Positions 56,623-64,000 of a stretch of DNA of 64,000 bases are shown piece after piece. Source of the DNA: a virus. The position numbers and the translations under genes were made by a program. Position 1 is the first letter of the stretch, and each line of letters begins with the position of its first letter. The notes below the pieces were generated by a model. It was not told where the DNA came from. It saw only the letters and a list, made by a program, of their open reading frames with translations, and made no database searches. The stretch lies in the UHGV virus genome UHGV-1383976. One strand, 5' to 3'.

Positions 56623-57609
56623 TTAGTTGCTCTTCTCTTTGAGAAGGTCTTCCATCTCAAGATTGACAAGATTGAGCAAATCGACTTGGTCTTCGGTAGC
56701 TTCGCTGAGCTTCATTGGATGACCGAAAATCATTTCGATCTTCTTAGAAATGCGACGAGCCATATCAGCATCAGCATTTTCACCTGTACCGACAAGCTTA
56801 ACCCAAAGGTCTTGTGCGTGATTACGAACAGTTATGTAATCAAGAGTCTCTTCATCCTTGATTACAACATTATCTACTGCTGAGCCACCACTTACTTCAA
56901 TTTCCTTATCTATTGCGCGGCCTACCGCATCCTCAAGATAAGAATATCCGAATGGAAGAACAGGGTCAAGGAAACGAAAACGACTACCCGCGGTGATAGT
57001 AGGTGTTGCTCTCGTAACGAGATATCTTTCACATTCACCCTTATCATTCCATTTCTTAGTAATAACTCCAATGACATCAACGAGACTATTCACAACCTTG
57101 AGACAACGAGGATTAAGGTCGGGCTTATAGCCAATAACCGCACCTTTGTCATCAAGTTCTTCCTTCAAGTGAGAAGTTAAAATCTCGCCATAACCAAGCA
57201 TTGTAATTTTACGAAGAGTCCGCTCAAATTCCTGAGACAAAGATTTATAGCCAGCGCCATAAGGAATATCACCAATCTTTTGAACGCCAGCCTGCGCGCA
57301 AATATATTGCTCACACAAATCCCAAGCAATTGCAACAGTGTCAAAGCAAATAACCTTAAACCGTTGCTTTATTTCAGGCTTTTCAAGCTGTCTTACAATA
57401 AGTTTGACATCACTCCATTTCTCTACTGGCTGAATCATTGCTCCCGGACGAGCGTTAGTGCCCATTTCAAAAGCAAGAATTAGAGAATCTTTTGCCGTTG
57501 TGCAAAATTCCGTTTTCCCAATCTTAGGTTCTCCAGAAAGCAGAATATATTTGCCAGACAGATTTCTTGGAATAACGCTCGGCTGTATTGCCATTAAATC
57601 AATAGCCAT
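56623..57609 (-). CDS. P-loop NTPase, RecA/Sak4-like; putative recombination/replication-initiation ATPase (328 aa)
   Basis: Walker A GEPKIGKTEF, Walker B-like KVICFDTV; AAGGAGG RBS. Confidence 0.5.
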   Translation of the reverse strand: MAIDLMAIQPSVIPRNLSGKYILLSGEPKIGKTEFCTTAKDSLILAFEMGTNARPGAMIQPVEKWSDVKLIVRQLEKPEIKQRFKVICFDTVAIAWDLCEQYICAQAGVQKIGDIPYGAGYKSLSQEFERTLRKITMLGYGEILTSHLKEELDDKGAVIGYKPDLNPRCLKVVNSLVDVIGVITKKWNDKGECERYLVTRATPTITAGSRFRFLDPVLPFGYSYLEDAVGRAIDKEIEVSGGSAVDNVVIKDEETLDYITVRNHAQDLWVKLVGTGENADADMARRISKKIEMIFGHPMKLSEATEDQVDLLNLVNLEMEDLLKEKSN

Positions 57610-57623
57610 AGGTCAAGACCTCC

Positions 57624-58526
57624 TTAGAAACCAAGGTCAAGACCCATAGATGCAGTTGAAGAATTCTGAGCCGGTGCTTTACGCTGTGCAGCACGAGCAC
57701 GGCCATTGGCTTTCTGCTGCTCCTGACGCTCCTTTCTCTTACTGAGGCCCGCGCTTATCTCTTCAAGAGTCCAAGCTTTATCACCTTCAAGAGGGGTTGG
57801 GCAGCCGCCAGTGATGACAAGTTCACTCAGATTCAGAGTGCGAGTTTCTTCATGCGGTTCGCCAAAGCCCGGATTGACTATCTCAGTACGCACAGTTGAA
57901 GTAAAGTTCAAACGACCCTCAGCTGCAACGCAATCATTTTCCTGCCAATATTCACTTATTGCCGCGCGAACATTCTCGCTCTTGACAATAAATGGAATAA
58001 CATCAACAGTATCACCCCAGCCGGGAACAACACCCCGGATTATCATATTACCAGTCTCAATGCCTTCCTTATCAAGTTCAGGAGACATATTAGCCAGCAT
58101 CATCTCAATAGAGAAATCAGCCTTGGGCTTCATCTCATCCTTACGCACAACATTGACAAAAGATGCTTGAATCTGAGGATAAGAAACCATAGAAGAACCA
58201 TCCTGAGATGGATATTCATTCATAGAAATCTTGCCAGTCAGACGGACACGAGTTGCATCAGCCTCGCCAACCTGCGCAATACTATGCATTTCGTCCAGAA
58301 TACGCTGAACAGATGCATACGCAGGATTAGCATTACCATCACGCTTAGTTTTATTTGCAAACAGCTTTACAGGGATTTCAAGAAGTCCCTCTTTGCTATT
58401 GACTCTTATCTTTATAGAACCACCAAGATACTCAGTGGTGCGGCCGTCCTTTTCAAAAGAGCCATTCTTCAGGTCAGTTTCACTCAATATTCCTTCAATA
58501 TATACTTTATTAGTTGCTTCTCTCAT
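57624..58526 (-). CDS. Putative single-stranded DNA-binding protein (300 aa from internal ATG)
   Basis: Start moved to the ATG with AAGGAG RBS (the track ATG at 58565 lies inside the upstream terminator hairpin); size and position beside the recombination ATPase; no motif verified. Confidence 0.3.
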   Translation of the reverse strand: MREATNKVYIEGILSETDLKNGSFEKDGRTTEYLGGSIKIRVNSKEGLLEIPVKLFANKTKRDGNANPAYASVQRILDEMHSIAQVGEADATRVRLTGKISMNEYPSQDGSSMVSYPQIQASFVNVVRKDEMKPKADFSIEMMLANMSPELDKEGIETGNMIIRGVVPGWGDTVDVIPFIVKSENVRAAISEYWQENDCVAAEGRLNFTSTVRTEIVNPGFGEPHEETRTLNLSELVITGGCPTPLEGDKAWTLEEISAGLSKRKERQEQQKANGRARAAQRKAPAQNSSTASMGLDLGF

Positions 58527-58567
58527 TTCCTTACTCCTTATTTTTATTTTGACTCTTTTGAACATAA

Positions 58568-58592
58568 GGAGCCTGACTATTCATCAGGCTCC
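58568..58592 (-). terminator. Hairpin terminator (minus) after small 84-aa gene
   Basis: ggagcctga-ctattca-tcaggctcc; weak U tract. Confidence 0.45.
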
Positions 58593-58605
58593 GATATATT
58601 CAAAA

Positions 58606-58860
58606 TTACTCTTCGTCAGTGGACGGAACGAAAACCTTGCCTTCATCAGTCAGATTGACATAGGTGATGTCCTTGGCGTCCTCGCCTTCACCAGCAACCT
58701 TCTCACGAACAACAAGACCCTTCTTCTGAAGGTCAGTTACGTTTGCGCCAATAGAACGAGCAGCACGGCCAAGAGCGGAAACCAGCTCATCAATGGAAAT
58801 GTGACCACCATTGTCGCGAATGTAATCAAAAACCTGACTGGACTTTTCTGTGAGTTTCAT
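58606..58860 (-). CDS. Small abundant protein (84 aa), possible winged-helix DNA-binding/regulatory protein
   Basis: AAGGAG RBS; strongly biased codon usage; driven by two tandem consensus promoters. Confidence 0.5.
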   Translation of the reverse strand: MKLTEKSSQVFDYIRDNGGHISIDELVSALGRAARSIGANVTDLQKKGLVVREKVAGEGEDAKDITYVNLTDEGKVFVPSTDEE

Positions 58861-58939
58861 AATGTGTTTTTCTCCTTGTTTTGTTTCATAAATTTTTTAT
58901 TTTATATAAATGGGAATTATTTCCCCATTCAACAAATAT

Positions 58940-58968
58940 ATTATATCAAAAATTTCACTCAAAGTCAA
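58940..58968 (-). promoter_or_regulatory. sigma-70-like promoter (minus) TTGACT-17-TATAAT, proximal of a tandem pair
   Basis: Minus-strand reading TTGACTTTGAGTGAAATTTTTGATATAAT. Confidence 0.7.
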
Positions 58969-59029
58969 ATTTTCAATATTCAATTTTAGAAAAGAATAAT
59001 TTCTTTCTTTCCTTATCTTGTATATATAT

Positions 59030-59058
59030 ATTATATCGCAGATTTTGAAAAAAGTCAA
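59030..59058 (-). promoter_or_regulatory. sigma-70-like promoter (minus) TTGACT-17-TATAAT, distal of a tandem pair; overlaps topo A stop
   Basis: Minus-strand reading TTGACTTTTTTCAAAATCTGCGATATAAT. Confidence 0.65.
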
Positions 59059-61427
59059 ATTTTGACCAGACCAATTACTTCATTTTTACCAGACAACTTC
59101 AATGTCTTGACTCCTTGCGCTGTTCGACTCTGAAGCGGCAAATCATTTACTTTGATGCGAAGGCGCGCACTTGTCGATATAACAACCAGTTCGCGCTCAT
59201 TCTGTAGAGCAACAAAATCAACAATTCCTTCTGGCATTGCTTTCACGCCCTTTGTATAGCGACCCTGAACAGGTAGCTCGTCAACAGACAACCGCTTTGC
59301 CAATCCTTCTTTTGACACAACGACAATTTCTTTTTCCGATGTAATAGCACGGGCACTTGATACTTCATCGCCGAGACTTAGCTTGATGCCATGAACACCT
59401 TTTGTAGCACGTCCAATGGCATTTATCGAGTCAGTCTCAATTATGAGGAACTGGCCCTTCTTTGTGGAAAGTGCAAGATTTTCCTCGTTTATTAGCAATA
59501 CATTGACTAATTCATCACCAGTAGTAAACTCAATTGCTTTTATACCGCCAGAACGATTAGTATTATATTCTTTGAGTTCAGTTTTTTTGACAAAACCTTG
59601 CTTCGTGATAAACATAGCATGGCGCGCACTTGTGGTTTTGTTGTAAGATGTAAGTGTAAGAACCTTGTCATCACCCGCAAAATCGAGATAGGTTTTCTTT
59701 TCATTTTCAAAAGATGACAAAGGCCGTACATACATCTGCCCTTTTTGTGTAAAAAACAAGAGCACATCGCCTGTCATACAGGAAGTTGAATATGTGATAT
59801 ATTCGCCATCTGCCAATTTCATTTTATTGCCAACCGTATTACGGCTTTGGGAATAAAGAGAAGAAATCTCATTGACATAAATCTCATTCTGATTTGTCAG
59901 ACTTACCTGATATTTTTTTACTTCAACAGGTTCATCGTTTTCATCTGCTGACAAATTCAAAATCTGTGTGCGACGGTCATCTCCAAATTTCTCGGCAACT
60001 TCACGCCATCCCTTTTTGATTTCTTCTTTGAACAGTTCCTCATTATTGAGAGTTTTTTCAATAGACTCCGCTTTAGAAATCAAATCAGCCCTTTCGTTTT
60101 CCAGCTTTTGAACTTCTAAGTGTGCTAAACGGCTTAACTTCATATCTAATACAGCTTTGGCTTGTGCTTCATCGAGTAAAAAATTCTGTCGCAATGCAAC
60201 AGAGGCAGCGCTAGCTGACGTGGAACTGCGAATTGTTTGAACAATCTCCTCAATATGTGCCATACAAATCAGCAGACCATCAATAATGTGAATACGAGAT
60301 TTGATTTTATTAAGGTCAAATTCAAAAGCACGACGATACACAACGCGCTCATGGTCGATATGAGACTGAAGCATCTCCTTCCAACCAAATACACGAGGAA
60401 AACGGCCATTATCTAGCATTGTGAAGTTGATGCCATAATGGTACTGAAGAAACGTATTTTTGAACAGATACTTTAGTACTTTATCAGGATTTGCTTTCTT
60501 TGTTAAGTAAATTTTAATTAGCGGAGTAGAACCGGTAAGGTCATTAAATCTTTCGATGCCGGGGTTATCCTCTCCGTTCACAATTTCCTCAAGTTGGCCG
60601 CAGATTGTATTGGTGTAAACCCCATATGGAATTTCAGTTATAGTAAAACATTTTTCCTTAGAGTCATACTTAGCCACACTGCGCAACTTACAAGCAAATC
60701 CCTGACCATTCTTCATAGATTTCTTTACATCATCTTCGTTATAAAGAATAGCGCCAGTAGCAAAATCGGGGGCGCAATAGATTTCATTAAAATCGCAATC
60801 TGGATTGTCAATAAGATAAATAAGCGCATTGTTCAATTCACGCAGGTTATATTGAGGAATAGAGCAGGCCATACCCGTTGCAATACCACTACTACCATTT
60901 ACGATGTTGTAATACCCCTTAGTAGGAAGTACAGATGGATACAGCTCATTATCAGCATAATTATCACGCCAATCATCAATAGTATCTTTATCAATGTCAG
61001 CAAATAAATATGCAGCGAGCTTAGAGAGCCTTGTCTCCGTATAACGAGGAGCCGCCCAGTTGCCAGATGATAACAAAGTTCCGCCATTGCCTTTTACTTC
61101 TACAAGTGGATATCTCATAGCAAAAGCCTGACCAGCACGCATTATAATACCTTCACAAGAACTGTCACCGTGAATATAAAAATGTTTCATAGCATCACCA
61201 ATCGCGGCCATTGTTTTTTGAAAGGGCTTGGTTGCCACATATTTATATTTATCCATACAGTAAAAAATTTGACGCGCAGATGGTTTAAGTCCATCGCGCA
61301 CATCGACCAATGCTCGCGATTGAATAACTGCAGCTGCGTATTGCGCGAAACTTTGCTTTATTATGTCGGTCATATTATTGCTGTTCACTAAATATTTCCT
61401 CCAATCTATCTTCAATAATTTCTTCAT
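59055..61427 (-). CDS. Type IIA topoisomerase A subunit (GyrA/ParC/T4 gp52-like)
   Basis: AAIGDAMKHFYIHGDSSCEGIIMRAGQAFAMRYPLVEVKGNGG matches the GyrA catalytic-Tyr region signature. Confidence 0.9.
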   Translation of the reverse strand: MKKLLKIDWRKYLVNSNNMTDIIKQSFAQYAAAVIQSRALVDVRDGLKPSARQIFYCMDKYKYVATKPFQKTMAAIGDAMKHFYIHGDSSCEGIIMRAGQAFAMRYPLVEVKGNGGTLLSSGNWAAPRYTETRLSKLAAYLFADIDKDTIDDWRDNYADNELYPSVLPTKGYYNIVNGSSGIATGMACSIPQYNLRELNNALIYLIDNPDCDFNEIYCAPDFATGAILYNEDDVKKSMKNGQGFACKLRSVAKYDSKEKCFTITEIPYGVYTNTICGQLEEIVNGEDNPGIERFNDLTGSTPLIKIYLTKKANPDKVLKYLFKNTFLQYHYGINFTMLDNGRFPRVFGWKEMLQSHIDHERVVYRRAFEFDLNKIKSRIHIIDGLLICMAHIEEIVQTIRSSTSASAASVALRQNFLLDEAQAKAVLDMKLSRLAHLEVQKLENERADLISKAESIEKTLNNEELFKEEIKKGWREVAEKFGDDRRTQILNLSADENDEPVEVKKYQVSLTNQNEIYVNEISSLYSQSRNTVGNKMKLADGEYITYSTSCMTGDVLLFFTQKGQMYVRPLSSFENEKKTYLDFAGDDKVLTLTSYNKTTSARHAMFITKQGFVKKTELKEYNTNRSGGIKAIEFTTGDELVNVLLINEENLALSTKKGQFLIIETDSINAIGRATKGVHGIKLSLGDEVSSARAITSEKEIVVVSKEGLAKRLSVDELPVQGRYTKGVKAMPEGIVDFVALQNERELVVISTSARLRIKVNDLPLQSRTAQGVKTLKLSGKNEVIGLVKI

Positions 61428-62292
61428 AAGTAATATAATATAATTTTATATTATGTTCTTGGCAATAATTATATTTAATTTTATCTCGCTTTTGGCAATC
61501 TTTTAGAGCTTCTTCTGTATTCCAACCAGTTCCAATTTTAAAATGAATATTACCTTGAAATTCAATTAAAAAATCAAGCTCTCCACTATCCTTAAATATT
61601 GCAAAATCAAATTTATAATAATTGCCTAAAGTTGTGTAAAAATCCTTAAAGAAATATTCAGCTTGATAATTCTTATGATTAGCATTTAACCAACGCGCTA
61701 TACTTGCATTGCCTCTTGACTTAGTACATCCACAAGATTCCGTATCACCAAAGCGCAGATACCTATGATTGACAATACATTCATTACCACAATCGCATTT
61801 ACATAGCCACATTCTATCTCTATGCCCATTATTATGGTCTAGCCAATGACTAAATTTTATTACAGTTAACTTACCAAACCGTTGTCCTGCTAAATTGTTA
61901 AAATTTGTTCTTTCAATGTGATTGTTTTTATTTCCACAATAATGAACTACATTTGAAGTTAATTGAGTTCTTTCAAAAACAACTTCATCACCACAAGAGC
62001 ATTTACACTTATATAAACGAGGAGAGGAATTTTCTATTTCCTCTATAACAGTTAAATCACCAAACTGCATACCCGGTAGATATAATCCATTTTTACAACC
62101 GCAGCTCGTGGTACGATAATTCTTTCTGGTCAAATTATTACCTCTCACTTCTACAATTTTTCCACAACTACATTGGCATTTCCAAGCTACTGCATTTCCT
62201 TTATTTTTTACTCTATATAAAACTGTTAATCTACCAAAAACTTTTCCTCTTAAATCCTTAGCTTTTCCAACAGGAATCTCATCTTCATGCAT
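61375..62292 (-). CDS. Free-standing homing-endonuclease-like gene: three Cys-rich repeats (CxCxCG...CGC) plus C-terminal Vsr/DUF559-like PD-(D/E)xK domain
   Basis: Repeats CQCSCGK/CKCSCGD/CKCDCGN. C-terminus YKFDFAIFKDSGELDFLIEFQGNIHF resembles the DUF559 signature. ATG 62292 with GAGG RBS (track TTG 62301). Inserted between topo B and topo A genes and overlaps the topo A start. Confidence 0.5.
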   Translation of the reverse strand: MHEDEIPVGKAKDLRGKVFGRLTVLYRVKNKGNAVAWKCQCSCGKIVEVRGNNLTRKNYRTTSCGCKNGLYLPGMQFGDLTVIEEIENSSPRLYKCKCSCGDEVVFERTQLTSNVVHYCGNKNNHIERTNFNNLAGQRFGKLTVIKFSHWLDHNNGHRDRMWLCKCDCGNECIVNHRYLRFGDTESCGCTKSRGNASIARWLNANHKNYQAEYFFKDFYTTLGNYYKFDFAIFKDSGELDFLIEFQGNIHFKIGTGWNTEEALKDCQKRDKIKYNYCQEHNIKLYYITYEEIIEDRLEEIFSEQQ

Positions 62293-62293
62293 T

Positions 62294-62515
62294 TTATTCA
62301 ACCTCTACTAAAATTATCATATTATTATTTTCATTATTGAAACTAACATTTCTGACGATTTTATTATAATAAGGCTCTAATTTGTCTAAGGTTCTTCCAA
62401 TTTTAGGACTATTATCCATAATAATACGCCAACAATATTCTTTTCCCTCAATTGAGGTAAAGAAATATATGCCATCTAAATTACAGAGAGAAGTAAATTG
62501 CTCTAAATTAATCAT
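62294..62515 (-). CDS. Hypothetical protein (73 aa)
   Basis: ATG ORF overlapping the endonuclease start by 8 nt. Confidence 0.3.
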   Translation of the reverse strand: MINLEQFTSLCNLDGIYFFTSIEGKEYCWRIIMDNSPKIGRTLDKLEPYYNKIVRNVSFNNENNNMIILVEVE

Positions 62516-62663
62516 GTATCTAGACTATCCTTTTCTTTATTTTCCTCAATTAACTTTTTAAAATATTTATACCAATAGCAGGACTTATCTGGTAGACAAG
62601 TCCTGCACATAGCAGTTTTGCAATTACAGAATTCAAACAAAGGGCATTTATTCCATTTATTAG

Positions 62664-64000
62664 TCATTCTCTGATCTCCGAAAAGTCTACATTCTGTATA
62701 ATAAAGTCACGTCTTGGACTTACTTCACTTCCCATTAGAGAATAAAGTAAATCCATTGCCTCTTCATCATACTCTATCACGTCCATACGCTGATATTCAG
62801 GATCAAACATAGATTTACGTGCCTGATTGGGTTCAAGAGAACCGAGGCCCTTATTACGCTGAACTTCGCCCTTTACCTTGGTTTTATTTGCTTCATATTC
62901 TGCATCAGTAAAGAAATAAGACTCAGTTTTTCCATTATTTACAATCCACAAAGGAGAGCGCAACCAACACAGTCTGCCTTCACGAATAAACTGAGGAGCA
63001 ATATGTGCTAAAGCTGCCATAATAAGTAGGCCAATATGATAGCCGTCACTATCAGCATCGGTACAGATGGCAAGCTTGCCGTATCGAAGTTTTTTTGCAT
63101 CATACTTTTCAGGTACAATGTTCATAGCACTTAATAGCAATTTAATTTCTTCATTCTCATAAACCTTCTCATCAGGATTAGATAAGGCATTGATAATTTT
63201 ACCTCGAATAGCCATAATACCATACTTAGTATAATCACGACCCTGCGCCAAGCCTCCTAGTGCAGAATCACCCTCAGCAATCAACAGAGTGGAATCTTCT
63301 CCCAAAAATTCCGCGTCTTTCAATTTATCACTTGAAAAGACTTTTCGCTTTTGATTTTTTTCAACTTCTTTAGAAGCGTTCAAAACTTGCTGACGCGCAC
63401 GCTCAGCCATCATTTCAGCTTTCTTTTCTTTAGCCAAAAGTTCAACAACTTTATCAAATTCATCCTTATGCTTTCTTACAAACTCTTTTATCGCTTCGGT
63501 AAAAACTATTTGTGTATAACCTCGAAGTTCAGGATTCTGAATACGAGATTTAGTTTGATTCTGATAAATTGGATGAGGATGCCGTACATTTACAATATAT
63601 ACAAGTCCTTTACGTATCATATCGGCGTTATAATCACCTTTAGATAAAGAATTGATAGTGCGCGTAAAAGCTGTTTTTGCACCCGTACTGGGTGTTCCTC
63701 CATCTATATTAAGTGCGCCATTAGAAAAAATGTATTCAGTTTCTTTTCCACTCGTCCATTGGGCAAAAACCTCAACTTCAACCTCATCATCAAACTCTTT
63801 ATATCCATAAATATAAGACTTATGAAGCGGCTTGCTAATATTGTCTTTTGCAAAATCTTTCAGCCCATTTAGTGAATAAAAGGTTTCACTTTTACCTTTA
63901 TAAGTAAAAACAAAATAAACCTTTGGAATAAAGTAAGATGTAAGTCGAAGTTCTTCTCTAATTCGCTCACACTGAAAGGCTGGTTGGTCTTTTTCAATGT
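62664..64000 (-). CDS. Type IIA topoisomerase B subunit (GyrB-like), 5' end beyond window
   Basis: QTK transducer motif and TOPRIM (EGDSALGG, CTDADSDGYHIG). GyrB-like C-terminus PRRDFIIQN. The reading frame stays open upstream of the track M at 63620 to the window edge. Confidence 0.8.
   Translation of the reverse strand, partial: IEKDQPAFQCERIREELRLTSYFIPKVYFVFTYKGKSETFYSLNGLKDFAKDNISKPLHKSYIYGYKEFDDEVEVEVFAQWTSGKETEYIFSNGALNIDGGTPSTGAKTAFTRTINSLSKGDYNADMIRKGLVYIVNVRHPHPIYQNQTKSRIQNPELRGYTQIVFTEAIKEFVRKHKDEFDKVVELLAKEKKAEMMAERARQQVLNASKEVEKNQKRKVFSSDKLKDAEFLGEDSTLLIAEGDSALGGLAQGRDYTKYGIMAIRGKIINALSNPDEKVYENEEIKLLLSAMNIVPEKYDAKKLRYGKLAICTDADSDGYHIGLLIMAALAHIAPQFIREGRLCWLRSPLWIVNNGKTESYFFTDAEYEANKTKVKGEVQRNKGLGSLEPNQARKSMFDPEYQRMDVIEYDEEAMDLLYSLMGSEVSPRRDFIIQNVDFSEIRE

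Noticed and set aside
58527-58565. ATG 58565 as start of the SSB-like gene
   Set aside because: Lies inside the upstream terminator hairpin with no RBS; internal ATG 58526 has AAGGAG at ideal spacing
62664-63620. Topo B gene starting at ATG 63620 as listed in the ORF track
   Set aside because: Manual translation upstream of 63620 shows the frame stays open to the window edge with conserved GyrB-like sequence; the gene is 5'-truncated by the window

Overview
This 64 kb window appears to be a large part of a tailed dsDNA phage (or prophage) genome, siphovirus-like in layout. The host is probably a low-GC, anaerobic Gram-positive bacterium. This is inferred from AGGAGG-type ribosome-binding sites, sigma-70-type TTGACT-17-TATAAT promoters, class III anaerobic RNR genes and an FNT channel. 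Nothing in the window resolves its taxonomy further.

Two convergent arms meet at a bidirectional terminator near 37.6 kb.

The plus arm (87-37593) starts with a 24-bp iteron array and a promoter. It then runs through three early genes of unknown function, one of which has a sigma-region-4-like HTH plus a zinc ribbon. These are followed by an intein-containing terminase large subunit, portal, scaffold-like protein and major capsid protein, each followed by a terminator. Next come six head-tail joining genes, a major tail protein, a tail-assembly-chaperone candidate, a 2690-aa tape measure, Dit, Tal, a fibre with 11-residue repeats and a second large tail/adhesin protein. The arm ends with a moron-like unit carrying its own promoter and terminator, and five small genes of unknown function where a lysis cassette would be expected.

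The minus arm (64000 down to 37625) is a replication and nucleotide-metabolism arm. The B and A subunits of topoisomerase II are separated by a free-standing Vsr-like endonuclease gene. Further genes encode an SSB-like protein, a RecA/Sak4-like ATPase, a DnaB helicase and a DnaG-like primase. A DHH/DHHA1 RecJ-like gene is split by a td-like group I intron that carries a GIY-YIG homing endonuclease. After these come a Pol III alpha with a PHP domain and NrdD/NrdG. The arm then holds a compact FNT (FocA-like) channel, two nucleoside 2-deoxyribosyltransferase-family proteins, an NCS2 nucleobase permease, a dUTPase with a long acidic N-terminal extension, and a RuvC-like resolvase.

Four features stand out:
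- the intein in the terminase P-loop;
- the intron plus homing endonuclease;
- the transporter-containing nucleotide module (formate channel next to the class III RNR; nucleobase permease plus NDT enzymes);
- the frequent use of TTG start codons with strong RBSs in replication genes.

No tRNA, CRISPR, integrase or recognisable endolysin was found. Several ORF-track coordinates were re-derived by hand, and small (+/-1-2 nt) uncertainties remain on motif coordinates.
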